Origin: Geosiphon pyriformis uo1
Taxonomy: Eukaryota > Fungi > Glomeromycota
Assembly: GCA_016748015.1 (NCBI GenBank)
Contig: JAAOMT010000570.1
Location: 252,043-316,042, forward strand
Direction: 5' to 3'
Length of the DNA: 64,000 nt
Shown here: positions 39,912 through 52,870 of the stretch, piece after piece
Layout of the letters: every line of letters begins with the position of its first letter
Numbering within the stretch: the first letter of the stretch is position 1
Translations under genes and position numbers: made by a program
Notes under the pieces: model-generated
Told to the model about the DNA's origin: nothing
Database searches by the model: none
The model's input: only the letters and a program-made list of their open reading frames with translations

Positions 39912-40892
39912 TGTTACCAGATGAAATTAGAGATATTGTTTAGCATGAAATTATCCTTATAAATCTTATCATTAATTAGCATATATTATCGTTTTAAATT
40001 ATCACTTATTACATTAGCAAAATATCTGAAATTATCATTTAATTAATAACCCAATTTGTACATAACACAAATGTAACCTAAGTGCAATAATTAATCATGC
40101 AATACCCCAAAATATGTAACATTCAAAAGTTCGCTGAAATTTGTAGAAATTTGCCGAAATAATTGATAGTTCACTGAAATATCTAATAGTTCACAAAAAT
40201 AACTTGTAATTTACCAAAATGTATCTTTAGTTCAGTGAAATTGTAGAAAAAAACAAAGTTCAAGTTCATAGAATAGTGTTACGACAAGTTGTATAAAAGA
40301 AAAGCTTCTCTCTTCAAAAAAATGTATCTTACTTTAGATTTATCACTTAGAACCATTTCTACACACACAAAAAGAAATAAATATCAAATAAATTGAAAAA
40401 CTAAATTCTTTAATTATTGCACTTGAAAAATCCCCAAAATCCAACTAACATTTTGAAATTGATTAGCTACCAATTTCAGTAAACTGTTAGTGACTCCAGG
40501 CCTGGATAGAAAACATTTTCTTTGACAGAATTCTATTTTTTTTATATTTCTTTTATTTATTTATTTTATTTTCTTATTATAATCATTAGGGTAGCCTACA
40601 GACAAGATTCCTGTAGAAGAGTTGACTTTTATAGCAAAATAACTACACATTTTTAGTGAGCTTCCAGACGAGCAATTCCTGGAAAAGAGTTGACATTTAC
40701 TACAATGTAACTACACAAAGCAACTGGCACGGAATTGGCCATTCCACTTATAAGCCCAGTAGTTCAAATTATAGAAGATAATTTGAAGATAAATTTAGTT
40801 ATTGGAGGTTCAACTACTTTTAGAAAACGTGAATTTGCAACCAACAGACAGTTACAACATTCAAGAAAAGAGACCAAAAACCTCCAATAACA
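39912..40892 (+). repeat. 5' LTR of E
   Basis: TGTTAC...ATAACA; TATAAAAG at ~40292. Confidence 0.95.
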
Positions 40893-40938
40893 TTTGGTGC
40901 TCTCCCACAGAAATAACACAGCAACAACAACTTCAAAA

Positions 40939-43900
40939 GTGGTGACTCAAACAGATCCAAGAACTCTAGAGTATTATCAGTCAATCTACACCCACTGCAA
41001 GCAGAGATTTAACATCCCAGATGGAATTGAAACATTCAAGAAAACACTTTACCAGTACATTGAAAATCGCATCAACAATTATTTTTTTGGAAACTACAAC
41101 ATTTCAGAAGTTAGACACAACTTATATAAAAGCTTAGTACATCACTCTTGTCTAAACACTCAGAATTTTAACAGTCAAACACTTGAACCATATTTCCAAG
41201 AACTCAACTTCAATATTATTCAGTATTGTGAAGAGAATTACCCAGTAGAACAGAAATTTTCTCTTGGTTTTGAATCGAAAACAGAAGAAGGAAAAAGAAA
41301 AAAAAAACAAAAACTCAGAACTACTCCCAATATACCTAAAACTACTGCCAAACATTTACAAACTCCAGAACAAGAAACCAGCTTTAAATTACTACTCTCA
41401 ATTACATTATTTCCAGCTTTACTTGCTTAACTGCAAACACCAAGCTTATCACTTATTTGGTTTTCAAGAATAGAAAATTTTCAGTTACCCAAAAGCCCTA
41501 TTCAACAACAGGAACCAATATTAACCAGCACAAACCTTATTGACTACTTAGCAGAAAATCAAAATGAAGAGACCAAATCAGAACAAGAAACAGAAGACTC
41601 AGAAAATGAAGAAGAAATGGCCTCCACATATATCGCAAAAATTCCTGAGTTTACAGGAAAAGACAGCAAAACCAGTCCTCAAGAATGGCTTGACAAAGTC
41701 TCAAAAACAGGAGATGCAAATGGTTGGAACGCTGCCAGAATGTTAAAAGCAATTCCATACTTCTTACAAGGAACAACCAGTAAATGGTTTGAAAACTTAG
41801 AAGCCCCACCAGAACACTGAGAAGCATTCAAAACTGCTTTTCTAAAACAGTTCACTGACAATAACACTTCCATCACCCTTCGAAATCAGTTCCGAAATAT
41901 CAAGCAAGAACCAAGTGAATCAGTTATGACCTATCTTGAGAAATTCAACAAACTGCTTAGAAGGATTTACCAATTGGAAACCAATGAATACTACTCCAAT
42001 GCACAAATTTTGGATCAATTCATTGCTGGACTAAAAAACAAACTTATCAAGAAAGTTTGCCCACATGCACCAGAAGATTTAGCCATTGCTATTCAATAGG
42101 CAAAAAACTATGAAATGGCCATAGAAGAAGCCAACTATACCAAACTTGTTAACCTGGCTATTGGCGAAACCAGCTCAGCAGCTGAAAAAAAAATTGACCA
42201 ATTAACCAAGAAAGTTGAAAACTACTTCACCAACCAACAGCAACAACAGTCATTGCAGCAATCACAACAATCACAAAGATACCAACCCTCACAACAACGC
42301 AATCAAAACAACTTTGAACCACCATCTAACAACCAAATCCAAAATTGTCATTATTGTGGAATTCCAGAACACTGGAAAAGCGATTGTAGAAAATTGCAAC
42401 GAGACCAACAACAGAGAAATAATCAACGTTATTCCCAATCACAACAATCATATTATCCACCACCACCAGCTCAATATTTATCAAGGCCACAATATCCAAA
42501 CCACTATTATTAACTTGCTCCACAATTAATTTAACAATAGTATCAACAACCATCTATACCACAATATCAAGTGCCAGCTAGAAGATTGGTTCAACATAAT
42601 CAATTTACACCACAAAACCGTTTTCCAACAAACAACAACAGATTAAATTCCAACAACCAATTAACCACTCAAAATTCGAATCAACATAGACCCAACCACT
42701 ATCATACTTAACCTAGTTATCTTATGATGCCAGAAGAACAGGATTTTTACCATACTGTACTCTCAGAAGGTAGAGCTGCAGCACAACAACAAAACTTTTT
42801 CTATACTCCTACCACAATCTCATCAACCAGAATTGCTGAAAACGCCAACCTTTCAGATATATTCTTTTTTGAATTCGAAGCAAATAAGTTACCATTCCTG
42901 CTTAGCAATGCAGCCACCAATGAACAAAAAGCAATCACTGCTATGTACACCAAAGCAAAAGTCAAAGGAAAGGCAATTCACTTAATCCTAGACAATGGAT
43001 CCGCTAGAAGCATTATCACCTACCAGTTGATGCAACAGTTAAAAAGAAATGTTGACTGACCAGCTCAGACAGTAATCATCACTGCTGATGGCATGAAAAA
43101 GACTCCAGTAGGAGAAATTGACAACTTCCCATTTACAATTGATAGAATTACCATTCTAGTCAAAGTTCTGGTCATGGATGCTTCCCAATACCAAGCTCTT
43201 GTTGGAAATGATTGGCTCCAAAAAGCCAATACTAATCTAAATTGAGAGACACAAGAGTTAACAATCTCCTATTAAGGACAACATGCCCGAGTACCTGCCA
43301 CTTGTGGTACATTCAACAAATGCTCCGAAAAAGCCCCGGCTTTTGAATTCAAACCGGAAGAAGAAAAACCCATTATTGAAACATTTATGGCACTTGGATT
43401 AACCTCTAATTGGGCTGATGAAACTGAACAACAGTATTTTTCAACAAACAATTCTCTTAAAACAAAAGAACCAGTGACATCCGGATGGAATATCCCCTAT
43501 TCAAAACCAGAACTATGAAAACAATGCCCTTATATTCTACTCAAATGCAAAGATTGCCACAAGAAACTCTCATCAATGGAAGTTTGTATTTCACCCAAGG
43601 AAAAATATGGAAACCATATCTGTTACTATTGCAAATCTTGTCATTGAGAACAATAGAGACACCTAGTTAAAAGAAGTGGAAAATAGGATGGAACACCCTG
43701 TTTGACTTGTGGAGAACAATTACCTGATGAATGTGACTGAATTGATGTTATATTCAGAAGAGGAGTTTGCGATCAAACATGCTAATATGCCCTTTTAATC
43801 TCAGAAAAAGTAACAAGAGGAACCCCTTTTGATGCTGCTTACAACAGCACTCTTAACAAACTGTATTATTATCTTCACGATCCTGAAATGATTTTCGATC

Positions 43901-46539
43901 TAGCAATAGTTTTAATCAATGAAGCCACTTAAGAAAATGTTCGTCAAATGAAAAAATCAGAATACATTGCATACACTTTTGAAATCACTAGATACAACTA
44001 CAAAGATGAAATAGAAGTATATCACCAAATTGCCAGTCACACTTACCTGACCAAAGAAGCTCAAGCCCAACAACTAGAGCAAATGAACATTAAATTGTGT
44101 GAAAAATGCATAATGCCTTGCGATGAACAATGGTGTCCTGAATGCTATGCTCTTAGCATTCCCCTGCTCAGTGAAAACGATGAAAATGAAATAGAATTTG
44201 AAGAACCTGAAGCAACAGAAGAAATTGAAGCAACACCCATCTATCTTATCAAAAATCAGTCTGCCTTACAACTCAAATACTTCAACAACAATGGACAAGA
44301 AATAAAACCTGAAAAAACACATGAAATTGATGCTGGATATGACCTAAGATATCCAGACAAGGATACTCTTGTTCTCAAACCCAAATCTCTCACAAAAATC
44401 AACCTTAAAATTGCCCTCGAAATCCCACCAGGAGCAATGGTTCAAATTGCCTCCCAGTTATCTCTGGCAAGCAAAGGAATCAATTTCAGAGAAAAAATAA
44501 TTGATGCTAGATATACTGATGACATAATAGTAATACTCCAAAATGAAACTGATAAATCTTTCAAAATTGAACATGCTGAAAAAATTGCTCAAGCTATCTA
44601 TTTACTCTTAATCAACATTTTGGGCTTACAATTAGTCAATCAAAGAGAACAATTGGGAAAAAGCGAAAGAAGAACACAAGGTTTTGGTTCAACTGGATGA
44701 TTTACAGTTCCAGTAAACATAGCTCTCAATGAACAGAATGAGTCTCACCAGATTTTATGCCTTCCCCAACCAATCACTATTTCACCTTTCAGAGAACATC
44801 CTGAAATCTATACCTGCCCAAAGCCAACAACTACTCAACAAATTTTTGAGTCCAATAAACGAATCTGCTTGGAACATAATATCTCAATCCCAAATATTTA
44901 CATCCCAGAAGGAACAAAGAAAGTCTGAGTTACTTTTTACAACCCCAATAATTACCCCATAGTTCTATTAAATAACTTAGAAATTGGAGTTATTCACAGT
45001 AATATCTTTTAACAAGAATTACCCCAAACAGTTCCCGATTTCTCTGAAATTATTGAACATTCACTACTAAAAATCAACCCAAACCACAGCTCTGAAAACT
45101 ACTATGTTGTTATAGAAAAACTATCTTAAATCAACATAGGACAACTTAAATCACAACAACAGAGCCAGTTCAAAAAACTAATTGCAGAATTTGCCAATAT
45201 CTTTGCCAAAAACAACAATGACTTAGAAAGAACTGATTTGGCTCAACACCAAATCTATACAGAAGATGCCAAACCAAGGTGACAGCAAGCCTACCGAGTT
45301 GCTCCAGAAAGTCACCAATTTATCTGTAAAGAAGTACAATGGATGCTTAACAATGGGCTTATTTAATCATTAATGAGTCTATGAGCCTCACCTGTGGTCT
45401 TAGTTAAAAAGAAAAATAGAAAAATACGATTTTGTGTTGATTATCAACAACTTAACAGTGTTATTATTGGAGATGCCTATCCCCTTTCCTGAATTGATGA
45501 TATGTTGGATGTCCTTGGAAAGGCCAAATACTTTTCAACACTAGATCTAAAAAGCGGATACTGGCAAGTTGTCATGGACCCCAAAGATTGTTCCAAAACA
45601 GCCTTCACAACCCAAAAAGGAAATTACAAATTCAATGTAATGTCTTTTAGATTATGCAATGCACCAGCAACATTTTAGAGATTAATAGATATTGTATACA
45701 AAGGACTTCTTTGGAAGTCAGTAGTCGTTTATCTTAACAATACTGATGTTTATTCTCCATTATTTGAATTATACTTAAAACACTTGCAAGAAGTTTTTCA
45801 ACAATTATGAAAAGCAGGACTGAAACTCAACATTGAAAAATGTTACTTTGGAAAAACAAGCTTGGCCTTTCTTGGTCATATTATTAGTAAAGATAGAATC
45901 AAACTGGATCCTGGAAAAATCAGTGCTGTCAAAAACTTCAAAACTTCTCAAAACACTACAGAACTAAAAGAATTTATAGGGTTAGTCTCCTACTATTGAA
46001 AGTTTATCAAAGAATTCTCAGAAATCGCAAAACCTCTCAACCAGCTTACCACCAAAAATGTCAAATACAAATGAACTGCTGAACACCAAAACACATTTGA
46101 AATCCTCAAAGAAAAACTAATAACAGCTCCAATTCTTGCCTATCCAGATTTCAGCAACCAATTCTGGTTAGCAACAGATGCCTTTTATACTGCCTTTGGT
46201 GCCATCCTATTACAGTTAGATGACAATGAAAATGAGCAAATAATTGCTTATGCTAACAGAACATTGAAACCAGCCAAAAAGAACTACCCTGCAACAGAAT
46301 TAGAAACTGCAGCAGTAATCTGGGCCTTACATCACTTCAACTTTTACCTCAGACCCAAAGAATTCGATATTATTATTGATAATATTAGACTTAAATGGCT
46401 TCAGAACAAAAATACTCAGCTAAATACAAAACAAACTCGATGAACAGGATTTTTAGCCAACTACCAATATATTGTACACCACAAACTAGGAAAACTCCAT
46501 ACCAATGTTGATTGTCTCTCAAGAATAAGGCAAGATTAG
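40939..46539 (+). pseudogene. gag-PR-dUTPase-RT-RNaseH of E, single frame with stops only
   Basis: ORFs at 40894, 41617, 42115, 42724 and 43948 and the RT/RH motifs all share one frame. CHYCGIPEHWKSDC; ILDNGS; dUTPase DAGYDL...GFGSTG at ~44300-44697; ends NVDCLSRIRQD*. Confidence 0.93.
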
Positions 46540-46585
46540 AATACAAAACCAATACTTATTTGAATTAACAACAAAACAACAAACA

Positions 46586-47971
46586 ATGAACCCTGAAAAC
46601 TACAACAATCTTAAACAATATTTGGAGACATTAACAATTCCAACAGATTGGTCTTCAGATAAAAAACATTGGTTACAACAACAAGCCAAACAATACTTCT
46701 TACACAACAACATGATTTATTATCAAAACTTCAGAAACCCAGACAATCCACTCAGATTAATATAAGAACATGAAAAAGAAACCATTTTATATAACATGCA
46801 CTCAAACTCTTCATCAGCACATCTAGAAAAAAACAGCACCACCCAGAGAACACTAGAATATTATTTTTGGCCTCAAATAAGAAAAAACATTCATGAATAC
46901 ATTAAGTCTTGTGATAGTTGTCAAAGAAGAAGAGGAACTCGCCCTACAGAACCTTTAAACTTAATCAAAATTGGACAGTCTTTTGACCGAGTTGGTACTG
47001 ATTTAGTCGAACCACTCCCTATTACAAACCAAGGAAACCATTATATTGCAGTAGCTGTAGACTATCTCACCAAATGGCCTGAAGCCAGAGCCATTCAATG
47101 AGCAGATGCGAAATCAGTAGCAAATTTTATCTATAAAGACATCATTTGTAGACATAAATACTCAATAGAACTTTTATCTGATCAAGGAACACATTTTGTG
47201 AACAATTTAATCCAGGAAATTTATGGACAATTTAATGTCAAAAGACCATTATTTTTACCCTACCATCCACAAACAAATGAACTTGTAAAACGTTTCAACA
47301 GAACATTGTATGAATCATTAGCCAAAGTCTCAACCAATTTTGAGCAAGAATGGAATCTCTTTATTCCATCAGTGTTACTAGTATATAGAACACTAAAACA
47401 ATATACCACAAAACACACACCATTTGATTTAACCTACAGAAAGACAGCAACATTACCAATTAGTTTCACAATAGAAACATATTCAGTACAACCAATTAAT
47501 AAAGACAACTTTTAGAAAACACTACAACAAAGAGCCTACACTCTGCTTAGCACGTTGGAAGGAAAACAACGAATAGCAGCCACCCATATTAAACACTTCC
47601 AAGCTCAATAAAAAGAATGGCATGATGACAAATTGTCTCCAGTTACCAATAGATTTAAAATCGGAAACAAAGTTCTCTTACACAGAACTAAAGCTGAAAA
47701 ACAATGGAGTAGAAAATTTGAAAATAAATGGGATAGATTATTCTTTATCCATGAAGTCCTAAGCAATGGATCATACAAGCTAAGACTTGATGACAAAATC
47801 CTAACAAAAGTTGCACATGAAGATTGTTTGAAACACTATAATTCCAAAAACAATCCTGAACCATTAATTCCACAAATTGGTACACATTTCCCTTTAATCA
47901 ATTCCGAAGATATTCCCTGAAATTTAGAACCAATAGTTGTTATTGAACAACCTCCCAACTTGAACACTTAA
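46586..47971 (+). pseudogene. Integrase of E (separate +1 frame)
   Basis: MNPENYNNLKQYL; HHCC; VGTDL, LLSDQG, LVKRFNRTL, KWDRLF; ends EPIVVIEQPPNLNT*. Confidence 0.92.
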
Positions 47972-48093
47972 CTTAAATTTATTATTATAGTTATCTCCTT
48001 ATAATTTAAAAACAATCTCACAAAAACAAAGCAAAAATAACATAAAAACCCATACACCAAAAATAATTTTCTTTTATTTTCAAATCTCTTATA

Positions 48094-48673
48094 ATGACTA
48101 TTCCTTAAAACATTTAACAATTATCCCAAAAACTAATGTTAGCTTTAAAAACAATACCTGAATTATCTATTACTGTTACTGGAAACCACATTAATTATAC
48201 NNNNNNNNNNNNNNNNNNNNACTATTCAACAAAAACTTCAACTGTGTCTTAATGAAGAAAACTATGACTATACTCCAATATATAGATATTTCTACATTGG
48301 AAAAACACTTCACGAACAAAAACGGGAGCTTACAGCAGCAAACCTCACAAAAGAAGCTATTCAGAAACAACTCCACAATGAATTCAAGACAACAGCTGGA
48401 CCTACAAACAGTCATTATAAACTAAGAGCTGCTCTTAGACTTTATAACCTATTCCACACCTGTGAAAACGTCCTACAAAACCCAATTTTACAGCCTTTGA
48501 AGATTCAATACATTGAAAAGCTCATAGAACTGAAATTTCAACAATTTTCAGACCAAATTTCTTCAATAATTTTGGATTATTATCTGGAAATTACAGACAG
48601 TACTTGGACTTTGATGGAGTTTAGTCTTGAAAAGAAGATTATGTTACCAGATGAAATTAGAAATATTGTTTAG
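48094..48673 (+). pseudogene. ORF3 of E (spans N gap 48201-48220)
   Basis: MTIP*NI*QLSQKLMLALKT...PIYRYFYIGKTL...KLRAALRLYNLF..., closely similar to G 63062-63769. Confidence 0.85.
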
Positions 48674-49622
48674 CATGAAATCACCCTTATAAATCTTATC
48701 ATTAATTAGCATATATTATTGTTTCAAATTATCACTTATTATATTAGCAAAATGTCCGAAATTATTATTTAATTAATAATCCAATTTGTACATAACACAA
48801 ATATAACCTAAGTGCAATGATCAATCATGTAATACCCCGAAATATGTAACATTCAAAAGTTCACTGAAATTTGTAGAAATTTGCTGAAATAATTGATAGT
48901 TCACCAAAATATCTAATAGTTCGTAGAAATAACTTGTAATTTGCTGAAATGTATCTTTAGTTCAGCAAAATTGTAGAAAAGAGCAAAGTTCAAGTTCATA
49001 GAATAGTGTTATAACAAGTTGTATAAAAGAAGAGCTTCTCTTTTCGAGAAAATGTATCTTACTTTAGATTTATCACTTAGAACTATTCCTACACACACAA
49101 AAAAAAATAAATATCAAATAAATTGAAAAACCAAATTCTTTAATTATTGTACTTGAAAAATCCCCAAAACCCAACTAACATTTTGAAATTGATTAGCTGC
49201 CAATTTCAGTAAACAATTAGTGATTTCAGGCCTGGATAGAAAACGTTTTCCTTGACAGAATTCTATTTCTTTTATATTTCTTTTATTTATTTATTTTATT
49301 TTCTTATTATAATCATTAGAGTAGCCTATAGATGAGATTCCTGTAGAAGAGTTGACTTTCACAGCAAAGTAACTACACATTTTTAGTGAGCTTCCAGATG
49401 AGCAATTTCTGGGAAAGAGTTAATGTTTACTATAACATAACTACACAAAGCAACTGGCACAGAATTGGCCATTCCACTTATAAGTCCAGCAGTTCAAATT
49501 ATAGGAGATAATTTGAAGATAAATTCAGTTATTGGAGGTTTAACTACTTCTAGAAAACGTGAATTTGCAACCAACAGACAGTTATAACATTCAAGAAAAG
49601 AGACCAAAAACTTTCAGTAATA
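48642..49622 (+). repeat. 3' LTR of E
   Basis: Near-identical to 39912-40892. Confidence 0.95.
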
Positions 49623-51054
49623 TTGAGAACAACTCTATGCTTCCTAGTCCAGCTCTCCATGATTTCATCCACCTTTGATCTTACAGAACCAGATTCCAAA
49701 ATTAGCTCATTGTCCACAACCAAGTGATTCAAAATAACTTTGTAGAAAGAATGCTCCAGAACGCTTCAAATAGTGTAATCTTTGTCTATCTTGAAACTTT
49801 CTATCCTCTTGTTAATTGCCAATTTGATTCGAGATTCCTCCACATGCTTAGATTCTGTTAGTTTAAGCGAGCAATAAAATTTTCTGATCTTTGAAAGAGC
49901 TGACTGAACAGTATCAATAGGGGAGCCAGAGAAAAAGAGAGATCTGATTACAGAAACATTATCATTATCAAAAGAACCCCAGACATCCAACAGTGAAATA
50001 AACTTGTCATAACAGATTGACCAAGAAGCCTTAACCAATCTCGATACCAAAAGTTTCAATTTATGAAATCTGGATGATTCTTTAGTAAAGACACTATTAT
50101 AGTCTTTGAACCACTTTTTTTTGAACACTTCATTAGCCAAAAGAACTATTATCTTGCAAACAACGTCTTATATTGTGTCCAAATCTGAGAATTTCATAGT
50201 GACAGCAAACTCATCTAAGAACATTACAGCATTAGTCGATATGGCATACTTAAAATCAATCCATTTACTCTCATCAGCACTCTTGAGATTGAACTTCCAT
50301 CAGTCCCTATTTGCTTGCTTGCAAAGAGAGTTTAGCTGTGTATCCAAAAGTCTATCCAAACTCACAGATACAGAAACAGATCAATGATCTGTGTTAAAAT
50401 GCTCACTGACTTTTGAAACATTGTAATTCACAATCGCATTGACCAGATTTGGGAAAATAAGCACATAATCAATTGTCTTCATGACACCCTAGAATTTGTC
50501 CAAGTATGCTTCTTCACAGCTGGACTACCAACCAAGAAATTAACTAGCCCCAAATCAAGGCATTTCTTGAAACTTGCACACCTGCGAAAACCATCTTCAT
50601 TAAAATCACCACCGAGAATGACGAAAGAAGATTCATTAACTGTCTTCACAATAAGAGAGTTGATATTACCAGCCTGAGAAAACCAAACTACCAAAGAGGC
50701 GCCAGCATAAAGTTCCAAAATTAACACTGAAAGTTTATTCTTGAAAAGCAACTTGACAGACAGGAGCCAACTAGACACCTTATAGATTCTACTTACATGC
50801 CAAGCCAGAGAAACATCCATGATTATGGCAACTCCAGCACCAAGAAAACCCATATATAAACCAGAAGTAAAAACCCAAACACCATCAAACCTATCTTTGA
50901 CCCATGGCCTACAGCCAGACTTTAATTTTGTTTCCATAACTATCGAGACCAAATTTTCCATTTCTCTATGTCAACAAACAACATTTTCCTGCTTAGCAGG
51001 GACATTAATACCCCGAACATTGCACGTAGCAATTTTCCAAACCAGACCTGTCAT
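49623..51054 (-). pseudogene. LINE-b ORF2 N-terminus: APE-type endonuclease and linker
   Basis: MTGLVWKIATCNVRGIN, METKL, GVAII, ILGGDFNE, TWTNS..IDYV. Confidence 0.9.
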
Positions 51055-51079
51055 TGAAAAAGATGAGAAATAGGAACTG

Positions 51080-51913
51080 AACTAGCATTGTCCATTTTAG
51101 CTGAAAGGTTTATAACCGTGACAGAAAAATTTTCAATGTTTTCTCCATTCTCAAGACAATCGAAGAGTCAAAAACAGCTGCTTTCGCAACAGCCCCACCA
51201 CCAGTAACCACATCCGAACTCTCACTCATTACTATATCTGCCTTTTGATTCTGTGATGAAGGAGTCACCAATGGCTAACATCCAGGGCTAAGCTGGGAAA
51301 CTGTTGGCCCAGGTGTGTCCAACCTCTTAGCCAGCTTATCTATGTACTCTGTAAGGCTGGTGAGACTGTGCTCAAGAGCAGCAAACCTATTATCTAACAC
51401 TGAAGACACTTGTGGGGTAGACTTCATCTCCGAAGAGAAGCCATCATTCAACAAAACGTTCCAAATAGAGAGAGGAAAGAAGGAAGACCCACCAACAATC
51501 TTGGCCCATAAGACACCACCAAAAGAGACAGGACAAGCAACAGGCACCGAATGCTTGGCGTAAATGGCCACCAGCCTGCTTTTATCTGTATGTGAAAGAA
51601 CCTAACATGGCAAGCCACTAGAGGAAGATTTCCCATCTGTAACACAGCCCAGAGAGATATGATCCAGTTTTCCACACTTTACACACACAGCAGAACTAAA
51701 ATAAGACCAACAAAGATGAGCACTTTTTAACACAAATGTGGTTCTCATGATGGCATCTAATGATTCAGCTGACTCAAAACAAACAATGGCACATCTGGCC
51801 CAGGTGTATGTAACTGGATGGCAATTAATCATGCATGTTTTTTCACCCACAGAACCAATGAAGTCTCATATGTTGTGAGCATTTGTTCTTATCAGAAGGA
51901 TATAGAGCAATGC
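51080..51913 (-). pseudogene. LINE-b ORF1, C-terminal part
   Basis: CCHC knuckle CVKCGKLDHISLGC, coiled-coil-like RFAALEHSL; directly upstream of ORF2. Confidence 0.75.
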
Positions 51914-52788
51914 TGTTATGGTTTAAGAATTTAGCAAAAGAATCATAAAAATAATACAAACTATTCAATCATAATATAGTGCAGTAATAATTTTAGAAAG
52001 GTAATAATTAACATAGTAGCAAACACCATTTCACAATAGTGGCAAGCACCAGTTCACAATAGCAGCCAACACCAACTGGTGATAGCAGTAAACACCAGGT
52101 TGAAATATCAAAAAGAAAGTATTACAATGTGTTTTCTCATAGAACTACAAACATGTATATATACAATAGCTTTAATATTAGGAAAAGACAATCAAGTAAT
52201 AAAAATCATAACTTGTCAAGCAATAAATCCAATTTTATCCAACAAACTTCACTTTAAATTATACTTTCAAATTAAATATCCCAAGAAATCTTTAAATCAA
52301 AAAGAAATAAAAAAGAATATTTAAAACTGAATTATCACAATTCAAAGTATTAAGAAACTTACTTGTATTATTTATTGAATAAAACTATCATTTATCAACT
52401 GAATCTCTTGGAAGAATAATTTTTGATCAAGATTATTCATGTTGTTACTAATTGATAAAAGCTTTATTGTAAGAATTAGGAAAAGTGCTAAAAGCCATTA
52501 ACATTCTGTGTTTCTAGATTAGAGAAACACATCAGACAATTGCAAGGATAGCCTCAGAGAAGACTCCAGACAGTGGATAGATTTCAGTTCAGCCTCTGAG
52601 AAGGAGTACATAAATACACACAACAATCAGGAATTGAAGAATAACTTACATCGCAACATTAAAAAAAAAGCCTTCAGTATAACAGTAACATTATCACACA
52701 AATAGAATTGAGGAACTCACGAAAGACTAATTGCAATTAAAACGGGATATTGGCAATTAAATATAACAAGAAAAACCATCCTGTAATA
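51914..52788 (+). repeat. 5' LTR of F
   Basis: TGTTAT...GTAATA; matches 60530-61401. Confidence 0.94.
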
Positions 52789-52870
52789 TTTGGTGAACTC
52801 TACAAGGAAAAAAAATCAAAAAAGAAATAATAATTAACAATAATTCATTGCTAAAAAGGAAGAGACAAAA

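Larger units (their letters stand above)
39912..49622 (+). mobile_element. Ty3/Gypsy element E, full length
   Basis: 981-bp LTRs at 39912-40892 and 48642-49622; PBS TGGTGCTCTCCCACAG at 40895; PPT at ~48629-48641; flanks TCAA / TTGA (ancestral TCGA). Confidence 0.96.

Noticed and set aside
47820-47971. Chromodomain at the integrase C-terminus
   Set aside because: The tail is short and Pro-rich (LEPIVVIE) and lacks the aromatic-cage Y.V.W.GY pattern.
48201-48220. Apparent deletion in E ORF3
   Set aside because: It coincides with a 20-N placeholder; alignment to G implies about 160 nt are simply unassembled.
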